Under the pieces are notes generated by a model, which ran no database searches, was not told the DNA's origin, and was given only the letters and a program-made list of their open reading frames with translations. A program made the position numbers and the translations under genes. Below, in pieces: positions 1-6,831 of a stretch of DNA of 64,000 nucleotides. The stretch is from the IMG/VR virus record IMGVR_UViG_3300020577_003313; one strand, written 5' to 3'. Position 1 is the stretch's first letter; the number at the start of each line of letters is the position of its first letter. The stretch is from a virus. Its lineage: Duplodnaviria; Caudoviricetes.

Positions 1-188
1 CGCCATCCGTCGCGAAGGATGGAGAACCGATCACCACTGCTGAGCAGTGTGGTTCGCTGAACATCCACAGACAGCAGCCTGTAGTTGTTGTCCAGTGCGT
101 AGAGATAGCTCTCTACTCGGGTGTAAGCCCTGAGGGCCTGCACCACAGCGGGCTCTTGGTCCTTGTGGACCATGACGCTGATTCTCAT
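1..188 (-). CDS. hypothetical protein, runs off the window edge (MRISVMVHKDQEPAVVQALRAY...)
   Basis: Translated by hand: ATG at 188, open to position 1, starts 1 nt after the stop of the 306-190 ORF; not in the ORF track. Confidence 0.6.
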   Translation of the reverse strand, partial: MRISVMVHKDQEPAVVQALRAYTRVESYLYALDNNYRLLSVDVQRTTLLSSGDRFSILRDGW

Positions 189-189
189 C

Positions 190-306
190 TCACTGCCCCC
201 ACAGGAACAGCGCCGCACGGCAGATCAACGGCAGGCTGAGGATGAACCCCAGCATCAGAGCACTGCCCAGCAGGAAGGGGGCCACGGAGGACTTTGCCTT
301 TTTCAT
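190..306 (-). CDS. small membrane peptide, 38 aa (MKKAKSSVAPFLLGSALMLGFILSLPLICRAALFLWGQ)
   Basis: Hand translation; basic N-terminus then one hydrophobic helix; tiles with the neighbouring minus-strand genes. Confidence 0.55.
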   Translation of the reverse strand: MKKAKSSVAPFLLGSALMLGFILSLPLICRAALFLWGQ

Positions 307-326
307 GGTATCTCTAGCGCAAGCAT

Positions 327-396
327 TACTACCACTTTAATGTGGGTAGGTAGTATCACCCATTGACCTAGGTTAGGTTACTCTGGCCAACCTAGG
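327..396. promoter_or_regulatory. two intergenic inverted repeats (possible terminator or hairpin promoter)
   Basis: TACTACC 327-333 / GGTAGTA 349-355; CCTAGGTT 367-374 / AACCTAGG 389-396. Confidence 0.35.
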
Positions 397-404
397 AAAA
401 GCCA

Positions 405-614
405 TCAGCCGAACACCAGATCCGTGTACTCTTTGGAGAGTTCACGGTAGATGTCAGCTGCGTCCTCCCTCGTCTCTTCATCAAGAGAAGCATCGAGAGA
501 GGTATTCCACCAAAACAAGACCTCAGCCCTGAGGGCCAAGATCTTGTTCTGTCGAACGGCCTTGACCTTGGCTTCATCAGCCTTGATCTCGTCGCAGACT
601 TTCTTCAGACTCAT
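405..614 (-). CDS. hypothetical protein, 69 aa (MSLKKVCDEIKADEAK...)
   Basis: ORF track 405-716; start moved to ATG at 614, which follows a strong SD (TAAGGAGGTGTGT-ATG). Confidence 0.75.
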   Translation of the reverse strand: MSLKKVCDEIKADEAKVKAVRQNKILALRAEVLFWWNTSLDASLDEETREDAADIYRELSKEYTDLVFG

Positions 615-639
615 ACACACCTCCTTAGTAGTGTAGGTA

Positions 640-957
640 TCAGAACTCCAGGTCCACGCCACCGCTGATGAGAGGGCAACGGCTCGCGAGTACGTGCTTC
701 TGTGCCAGGGCAGCATTCATGATCATGCGTGCCATCGGAACACTCTGCAAGGCATCAGCGTGGAGCTTGCAGCGGTGCTGGTGACGCGACCCATAAGCAC
801 CCAAGCCATCCGACACGATGTCAGACAGCAGGACGTTGCGAGACGAGAAGGCCACGCCACAACTCTCACAGACCATGTCGTTCTTGCGACCAATGGCCGC
901 ATCAACGATCAGAGAAGTGGCAACAAGCGACGAAAGCGGACGGGTGATGTTGCTCAT
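640..957 (-). CDS. hypothetical protein, 105 aa, possible Zn-binding (CESC...CKLH)
   Basis: ORF track 640-1005; GAGG SD upstream of ATG at 957. Confidence 0.6.
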   Translation of the reverse strand: MSNITRPLSSLVATSLIVDAAIGRKNDMVCESCGVAFSSRNVLLSDIVSDGLGAYGSRHQHRCKLHADALQSVPMARMIMNAALAQKHVLASRCPLISGGVDLEF

Positions 958-1034
958 GACAGGAAACCTCACGTAAAAAGACCCGGTGGGCGTGAAACGT
1001 TTCAAGGCGGGTCCTCTAAACCTTAAAACGGACT

Positions 1035-1064
1035 ACTATACTTTCGTTTCCTCTTCTTCTTGAA
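1035..1064 (-). promoter_or_regulatory. possible sigma70-like promoter for the leftward genes
   Basis: Minus strand TTCAAG-N18-TATAGT. Confidence 0.3.
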
Positions 1065-1084
1065 TCACCCTCTCTTGCCTGCCA

Positions 1085-1141
1085 CCCCCCCCCCCAGAAA
1101 AAAATATACAAAAAATAAATTCCTACCGTATTAGAAAAAAA
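1085..1141. other. C11 homopolymer followed by A-tracts at the GC-content and strand switch
   Basis: CCCCCCCCCCC at 1085-1095, then AAAAAAA, AAAAAAA and AAAAAAA runs. Confidence 0.85.
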
Positions 1142-1171
1142 TTGATACGGCGCAATCTTAGCAACTATAAC
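1142..1171 (+). promoter_or_regulatory. possible sigma70-like promoter with A-tract UP element
   Basis: TTGATA-N18-TATAAC, upstream A-tracts, SD AGGAG at 1173-1177; the implied start site sits awkwardly close to the SD. Confidence 0.3.
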
Positions 1172-1187
1172 TAGGAGTTATACAATT

Positions 1188-1646
1188 ATGACCTGTTCAG
1201 GATGTCAACTAGAGTGGAGATTTCAAGGCAAGGCTAACGGATATAGCACCGGTACATTATACCACGGATCACTAAGTGGTATTGGTGGTACTGTTGCTCT
1301 TACTCCGACCTTTGTCCTAACAACGTTTGGCGGCCAACCATGGATGAGCATCCAGGGTGTCATGATGCCAGAAGGTTCCGGTAATCCTAATCACGGTCAC
1401 TGTGGCCCTTCGGGCCAACAGTCAGGCGCGCCGTGCATTGAGGTAACTCCGTGCAGTGGTATCAGAAGCTTGAACTATACAGTTTATGCTCCTTACACAA
1501 TGGATGTTGTCGCATACAATATTACTAATGGAGATCCATTCCACTGCGGTGAGACGGATTACATCACAGTAAGGGCGCTCTCAGGAAGCGGTATGGTAGT
1601 TGTTTCACCGAACAACACGCTTTCTATTAAGTGCGGCGATTGCTGA
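1188..1646 (+). CDS. Cys-rich beta-type protein, paralogue A (N-terminal CSGC, C-terminal CGDC)
   Basis: ORF with SD AGGAG; shares motifs with 1678-2229. Confidence 0.85.
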   Translation: MTCSGCQLEWRFQGKANGYSTGTLYHGSLSGIGGTVALTPTFVLTTFGGQPWMSIQGVMMPEGSGNPNHGHCGPSGQQSGAPCIEVTPCSGIRSLNYTVYAPYTMDVVAYNITNGDPFHCGETDYITVRALSGSGMVVVSPNNTLSIKCGDC

Positions 1647-1677
1647 AAACAAACCTAACCAAATAAGAGGAATAAAT

Positions 1678-2229
1678 ATGAGTACTGAATGTGATGGATG
1701 CAAGGCTGGCGCAGTGACCTACCAAGGTCAGGCCCTGAACTTTGTCAATGATATTAGCACTTCTTACCCAGTTAATGAAGTTGGCGCTATCATAGTAAAT
1801 CCTACTTGGGGTGGCGACAGCTGGTACGGAGGTACCATAAGTCGTGTTTATGTTGCCGAGCTAAAAGTTATGAAGCTTGACGGTAAGTGCAAGAAAGTAT
1901 CTGAAGACACAGAACCACCAAGAGAATACTGCGCACAAGAATATGGATGTGGATATTCTGTCGAAATTCATTTAGCCGCGACTAAGGGTTTTGGACCCGG
2001 TCAAGTTGGTATATCTACAGACGGAGGCGCTACTGTTCTTATGGGTACATTAGACAACGCTGGACAATATGTAGTTTCACATAATCCAATTGCTGCCCAG
2101 TGTGGAGAAACTAAGTTTATTACATATACTCTAATACTGCCAAAAATATCAAATCATACAGATCCTGATCTTATGAATCAACAGTACAGAGGTACTGTAA
2201 ACTTCACATTTGCCTGCGGTGATTGCTGA
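1678..2229 (+). CDS. Cys-rich beta-type protein, paralogue B (N-terminal CDGC, C-terminal CGDC)
   Basis: ORF track 1600-2229; start moved to ATG 1678 after SD AGAGGA, which aligns its N-terminus with paralogue A. Confidence 0.85.
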   Translation: MSTECDGCKAGAVTYQGQALNFVNDISTSYPVNEVGAIIVNPTWGGDSWYGGTISRVYVAELKVMKLDGKCKKVSEDTEPPREYCAQEYGCGYSVEIHLAATKGFGPGQVGISTDGGATVLMGTLDNAGQYVVSHNPIAAQCGETKFITYTLILPKISNHTDPDLMNQQYRGTVNFTFACGDC

Positions 2230-2262
2230 TAAATCATTTATTAGGCAGTAAAGTCTAATCCT

Positions 2263-2294
2263 GTAGCCCCTTAGCAGGGGCTACTTGTATTTTT
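2263..2294 (+). terminator. Rho-independent terminator
   Basis: GTAGCCCCT-TAGC-AGGGGCTAC followed by TTGTATTTTT. Confidence 0.8.
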
Positions 2295-2454
2295 AGGCTA
2301 TGTATATGGTCTAAAAGGGCTTTATGACCCTAAAAGGGTCAAAAATATCCTATCCAGAGCGCAATAACTGGTTATTTGAGCCTATTTTAGGGTTTTTTCC
2401 CCTATCCGTAGTAGATTAGTGGTTTTTAGGCACAAATACAGTGGGTAACTAAAA
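2291..2454. repeat. six CTAAAA/TTTTAG hexamers in an intergenic gap
   Basis: TTTTAG at 2291, 2385, 2424; CTAAAA at 2311, 2330, 2449; palindrome TGACCCT-AAA-AGGGTCA at 2325-2341. Confidence 0.6.
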
Positions 2455-2484
2455 TTATCCTCTAACTTAACAAAAAGGTGCTCT

Positions 2485-2661
2485 ATGAAAAAAGATTATG
2501 ACCTCAGAAAAAAAGTTAGAGTTGGATGGACCTGTGATAAGAAGGGATGTGGGCACCTGAATATAAGAGAACTGCCAAGCGGATACGTAATATTGGAAGA
2601 TGTGTGCGATAGTTGCATGAAACTACTACACGAACCAATACCTAAACGAATCAAGGACTAA
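2485..2661 (+). CDS. small zinc-ribbon protein, 58 aa (WTCDKKGCGHLN...VCDSC)
   Basis: Hand translation, below the ORF-track cut-off; SD AAGGTG; two Cys pairs; stop 1 nt before the next ATG. Confidence 0.75.
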   Translation: MKKDYDLRKKVRVGWTCDKKGCGHLNIRELPSGYVILEDVCDSCMKLLHEPIPKRIKD

Positions 2662-2662
2662 G

Positions 2663-3130
2663 ATGGCAGACGCAATAATTAAGTTTCCGGGTGCAGCAGT
2701 TAAATCTTCTTCTGGCATAGGAAATGCCGAGATGAATGCTATTAGCAAGATCATGGAACAGGCTCCTCCAGATGGAGCTGATAGTTATCCATGCATGCCA
2801 GTGCTTTCAGTTCCTGAAAGACTGAAGACAAGACCAGATTTTGCTTCTGCAAAAGATAGAAATCCTCATTGGGGAATGATTGCTAGCTTTAGTATCATTC
2901 CTGATCTAAGCAAAGCTCCAGTTGGTTCCATCATGCTTCCGACTTCTCCGAGTCAGTTTTTTGCCGCTGACACTTTAGAAGATCTGAAGAAGAGAGTTTT
3001 GTTTGAAGTAGAGAAGGCTTTCAGCTTAGCGCAGATTGCTACCGACAATCCTGAAGCCTACGAGCAGTATGAAAGATTGATGTTGGCCGATATGGCAAAA
3101 AGAATGCACGGAGCAGATGCTTCAGAGTGA
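2663..3130 (+). CDS. hypothetical protein
   Basis: ORF track; SD AAGGA; followed by a terminator. Confidence 0.8.
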   Translation: MADAIIKFPGAAVKSSSGIGNAEMNAISKIMEQAPPDGADSYPCMPVLSVPERLKTRPDFASAKDRNPHWGMIASFSIIPDLSKAPVGSIMLPTSPSQFFAADTLEDLKKRVLFEVEKAFSLAQIATDNPEAYEQYERLMLADMAKRMHGADASE

Positions 3131-3157
3131 AGTAGCCTGCATTTCTTTCAATAAATT

Positions 3158-3189
3158 CCTACCTGACGTAGAATCAGGTAGGTTTTTTT
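3158..3189 (+). terminator. Rho-independent terminator
   Basis: CCTACCTGA-CGTAGAA-TCAGGTAGG-TTTTTTT. Confidence 0.85.
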
Positions 3190-3205
3190 GTTTTAGGACT
3201 GAGTT

Positions 3206-3535
3206 ATGATTACAATCCAAGATAAGTTAATGAATCAAATACTGTCTATGATTCACATAGACAAGAAAGATAATAGTGTCATCAGAATTAATTTTGATGC
3301 AGTTATTCAGCTACTAAACAGATATGATATCTTTGTACCTGTCAAACATTTTGAACTGACGTTCTCTAAAGTAATTGAAGAGCGCCTAGTGGGCAAGATA
3401 CAAGCAAATGATGTAGCTAAGTGGGCAATTGCTCAAGCTTTGTTAAACACAGCTTTCTTATTAGCAATCAGTAAAGAAGAACTAATAAAACTGAAGTTAA
3501 AAGAAAACACGATTAACATAGATAGAAAGAAATAA
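3206..3535 (+). CDS. hypothetical protein
   Basis: ORF track; AGGA upstream. Confidence 0.75.
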   Translation: MITIQDKLMNQILSMIHIDKKDNSVIRINFDAVIQLLNRYDIFVPVKHFELTFSKVIEERLVGKIQANDVAKWAIAQALLNTAFLLAISKEELIKLKLKENTINIDRKK

Positions 3536-3777
3536 TGAACATACCAGTTGATTTAGTTATCAAGTGGCTTGAGGAAGACAATGACTTCAGAGAATACGCC
3601 AAAAGTAAGTATAAAACTGAATACGAGTATTATCGACGCTTTAGAGAAGCAAACGGAACAAGATGTCCCATCGCAAGAAGCGCCGCAAAGCGAATCTTCC
3701 AATTTGAACTTGAGTCCCGTGGCGCCGATTTCAGTAAACTTGTCCGTGACGGTTTATGGAGGTCCGCAGGAAGCTAA
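3535..3777 (+). CDS. hypothetical 80-aa protein overlapping the next gene in another frame
   Basis: TAATG coupling to the upstream gene; codon usage typical of the window. Confidence 0.55.
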   Translation: MNIPVDLVIKWLEEDNDFREYAKSKYKTEYEYYRRFREANGTRCPIARSAAKRIFQFELESRGADFSKLVRDGLWRSAGS

Positions 3778-4453
3778 AGAACAAGCCGTTGATAGTCTGA
3801 GTTCTGTTGCAAAACTGTTAGATCCTAATGTAACAGAAGAATCACTAGGTATAATTAAGTCATTTGTAGATAAAGCTAATAGAGGAACTAGTGCAGCATT
3901 ACCATTAATATGCAATGGTAAGCAGTGTCCGTTCTTACATGTATGCACTCTGGATCAAGCAAAAATACCTTTGCCTGTTGGTTCTAAGTGTCCTCTCGAA
4001 CTTACACTTGTTTCTTTGTGGGTAAACAAGCATTTGAAGTCTTTAGGTATTGACGATATTGATTCTCCAGAGAATAGCTTCGATATGGACATGCTATATG
4101 AGCTTGCAGCTCAAGAATTGATAAGATACAGATGCGGAGCCTACTTATCCAAGAACCCAAACATTGTAGAGAATAAGCTTGTAGGCGAGTCAGTACAAGG
4201 AACTCCTATTTTTGCAGATGTAATGAATCCAGTTATGGAAGCTATGGATAGAGCAGGAAGAAATATCTCTAAGCTAAGAGAAGCTTTGCTTGCTACACGC
4301 AAATCCCAGGTTAGTGCTGGTCAGGCAATTATTGACGTTACTGAGAAAGCTGCGCAAATTAGAATGAAAGCAAGAGAATTAAGCAAATCTAGAATGAGCA
4401 AAGAAGTTATCAAAGATGCAGATTTCAAGGTAAATGATGAGTCTGTTCAATAA
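3581..4453 (+). CDS. Cys-cluster protein, candidate terminase small subunit
   Basis: CNGKQCPFLHVC...KCPLE cluster, helical oligomerisation-like C-terminus (RNISKLREALLATRK), upstream of TerL; ATG 3581 after GAGGA; function inferred from position. Confidence 0.45.
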   Translation: MTSENTPKVSIKLNTSIIDALEKQTEQDVPSQEAPQSESSNLNLSPVAPISVNLSVTVYGGPQEAKEQAVDSLSSVAKLLDPNVTEESLGIIKSFVDKANRGTSAALPLICNGKQCPFLHVCTLDQAKIPLPVGSKCPLELTLVSLWVNKHLKSLGIDDIDSPENSFDMDMLYELAAQELIRYRCGAYLSKNPNIVENKLVGESVQGTPIFADVMNPVMEAMDRAGRNISKLREALLATRKSQVSAGQAIIDVTEKAAQIRMKARELSKSRMSKEVIKDADFKVNDESVQ

Positions 4454-4628
4454 ATTGTTCTCTAGTATATACTCTAACAGCAATAAATTGAGACCAACGC
4501 TTGGTCTTAGTTTTTTTCTACATGATATATCGCGCGGTAATGCTGTAACTAGAAGACTGCCTGGTCTTGGTAGACCAGTGAGAACAGTAAATAGATCTAG
4601 ACATTCAAGATATGTCCCTAATAAGTAG
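4434..4628 (+). CDS. small Arg-rich basic protein
   Basis: Fills the gap between neighbours, overlapping both ends. Confidence 0.55.
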   Translation: MMSLFNKLFSSIYSNSNKLRPTLGLSFFLHDISRGNAVTRRLPGLGRPVRTVNRSRHSRYVPNK

Positions 4629-5487
4629 AATCCTATGGGGCAGAGGTACCGCCCAAGCTGGAGCAAGACAAGCAGCAGCTAGAGCTGCTCCATTCTTCAG
4701 TTCAGGTGTAGGGACAGGCCAGGGTCTAAGAAAAGGATTTTCTGGTCCCATGGGAAAAAGATCAGTAGTATCTGATCTAGCCATAGGCGCCGGTATTGCT
4801 GGCGCGGGTTTAGTAGGCGGAGCCTTGATGCAGAACAGAGGCGATCTTGCTAGATCATATTATGGCGATCAAGAGTATCAAAATAAATTTCGCGGGTACT
4901 TTGAAACCTCTGCTTCAGTAATAAGGGGCGCGGGTATAGGTTTTGGCGCAGCCAGGGCTATGGGCTTCTCTTTCATGAGAACTGCCCAAAAATATGGCAA
5001 AGGCGTTAGAAACTACTCTGTCGGAAGAAAGATAGCAAAAAAGTATAGCGAGACCAGTCAAAGAGACTGGCCTATCTTTAAAAGAAGACCTAACGACGCC
5101 TTCTTTGAAAGAAAACGGGCTATAGCAAAAAGAATAACAACTAAGAACAATCCATTCTTCATGGCTCCAGCTAGACTAGCGATAGGAGGAGGATTGTTAG
5201 CAGGAACAGCTACTGCTGTTCTAGGTAATCCAGTTGGAGCTTTAGGTATAACCGCAGCTACTACTGCGGCAGGATTAGCTCCTCTTGCCTTACGGCACAT
5301 TAGGCCAGTATCCATTGGCGCTGCCGCATTCACGGCTGGCGCAGCCGCAGGGTACGGAAGATCGGCGCATACTGCTGCCGAAGGCAGTATTGAATCATTT
5401 GATTACAACAGTTCTGGTGTAATGAGTAGACTAAACTATTCGACAGCAGGATTAACACAAGCACTACATAACAATAGGAAAGGGTAA
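4612..5487 (+). CDS. basic Gly/Ala-rich protein with hydrophobic segments (possible internal virion/ejection protein)
   Basis: GAGIAGAGLVGGALM and LAIGGGLLAGTATAVLG segments; high Arg/Lys content. Confidence 0.6.
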   Translation: MSLISRILWGRGTAQAGARQAAARAAPFFSSGVGTGQGLRKGFSGPMGKRSVVSDLAIGAGIAGAGLVGGALMQNRGDLARSYYGDQEYQNKFRGYFETSASVIRGAGIGFGAARAMGFSFMRTAQKYGKGVRNYSVGRKIAKKYSETSQRDWPIFKRRPNDAFFERKRAIAKRITTKNNPFFMAPARLAIGGGLLAGTATAVLGNPVGALGITAATTAAGLAPLALRHIRPVSIGAAAFTAGAAAGYGRSAHTAAEGSIESFDYNSSGVMSRLNYSTAGLTQALHNNRKG

Positions 5488-6086
5488 TGAATATTGACTC
5501 ATTGCTAGATCCTAGAGGCGGAGATGGCTACGCTGATGGTATAAACAGTGGACTATTAGGTCTTATGGGTTTCGCAGCTGATAGAGGTATCGTAGGCTGG
5601 GCCTACGGCAAACCCATGCGGAAAAAGATCAATAGAGACATAAGAGAAGCTAGAAAAGCTATGTCAGTCTTTGGACCTGTGAATCAACCATTAATTGACA
5701 GTAAATGGAGCTCATTCACTAAGAGACGGTATAGTGGCTCTGCTTACTTTAAGGACGCATTACATACTTCTTCCCCCCTATCTTACAGAGCCTTGCTTCA
5801 GGAACGGAAATCAATTAAATTAGCGTCTCGTTCAGCAAGTAGTACTGCTAGAAGCCTCGGTTGGATGTTTATCATAGAAGGTCTCAGTAGCATGGGAAAT
5901 GCTGCCTTCTCTCCAGGGGTTAATCAAGTAACCATGAAGAAAGAGATGATGACACTAGCAGACGAATCTCCATTCGATTCTGCTAGATCAGCAACCGGAA
6001 GACAAAGAGCTTTGCAAGCAATTCACGACTCTCAAATGTCCGTTCGTAATGTAATTAGTAACGAGGCTTCTTACCTACATAAATAG
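5487..6086 (+). CDS. basic hypothetical protein (possible virion protein)
   Basis: TAATG-coupled; C-terminal RQRALQAIHDSQ...NEASYLH motif. Confidence 0.65.
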   Translation: MNIDSLLDPRGGDGYADGINSGLLGLMGFAADRGIVGWAYGKPMRKKINRDIREARKAMSVFGPVNQPLIDSKWSSFTKRRYSGSAYFKDALHTSSPLSYRALLQERKSIKLASRSASSTARSLGWMFIIEGLSSMGNAAFSPGVNQVTMKKEMMTLADESPFDSARSATGRQRALQAIHDSQMSVRNVISNEASYLHK

Positions 6087-6087
6087 A

Positions 6088-6831
6088 ATGACCGAAACAA
6101 AACTAAAAACTCTACTGCTGGACATAGAAACTGCTCCGAACTTAGGCTATACTTGGGGAAAATACGAGCAGGATGTCGTCAAATTTGTCCACGAGTGGTA
6201 CATAATGTGCTTCACAGCTAAGTGGCTAGACTCTGGTAAGACCGTGACAATGGCCCTGTGTGATTTTGCAGAATACGATCAAGACTCAAGAAATGACAAG
6301 AAGTTAGCAGAAGAGTTGCATAAACTACTAGACGAGGCAGATATTGTTGTAGCTCACAACGGAGACAAGTTCGACCTCAAAAGAATTCACTCTAGATTTG
6401 TAGTTCACGGACTAACTCCTCCTTCTCCATATAAAAGCGTCGATACTCTCAAGGTTGTAAAGAAGTACTTCGGTTTCAACTCTAATAAATTGAATGATCT
6501 AGGAGAAATGCTAAACCTAGGAACAAAGATTGACACTGGCGGATTCAGCCTTTGGGAAGACTGTATGAACGGCAATAAGGCTGCTTGGAAGAAAATGAAA
6601 GCCTACAACAAGCAGGACGTCAATCTATTAGAAAAAGTCTATCTAAGAGTTAGACCTTGGATGACGAATCACCCATTAGCTGATCATTCTCACGACATTA
6701 AGTGTCATGTTTGCTCAAGCACTAACGTGCAGAAACGTGGTTATACCTTTACTAAGGTATCAAGGTATCAGAGATATCAGTGTCAAGATTGTGGATCTTG
6801 GGGTCACGGACCTCTGGAAAAGAAAGAATGA
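6088..6831 (+). CDS. DnaQ/RNase H-fold DEDDy 3'-5' exonuclease with C-terminal zinc ribbon
   Basis: ExoI LLDIET, ExoII HNGDKFD, ExoIII YNKQDV; CHVC...CQDCG. Confidence 0.9.
   Translation: MTETKLKTLLLDIETAPNLGYTWGKYEQDVVKFVHEWYIMCFTAKWLDSGKTVTMALCDFAEYDQDSRNDKKLAEELHKLLDEADIVVAHNGDKFDLKRIHSRFVVHGLTPPSPYKSVDTLKVVKKYFGFNSNKLNDLGEMLNLGTKIDTGGFSLWEDCMNGNKAAWKKMKAYNKQDVNLLEKVYLRVRPWMTNHPLADHSHDIKCHVCSSTNVQKRGYTFTKVSRYQRYQCQDCGSWGHGPLEKKE

Noticed and set aside
163-1026. Plus-strand ORFs 163-366, 451-636, 694-1026 and 729-947
   Set aside because: The minus-strand genes tile the region with SD sites and tight spacing
1-1100. GC-rich left end as host chromosome at a prophage att site
   Set aside because: The genes are tiny phage-like hypotheticals with no housekeeping gene, tRNA or integrase; cannot be fully excluded
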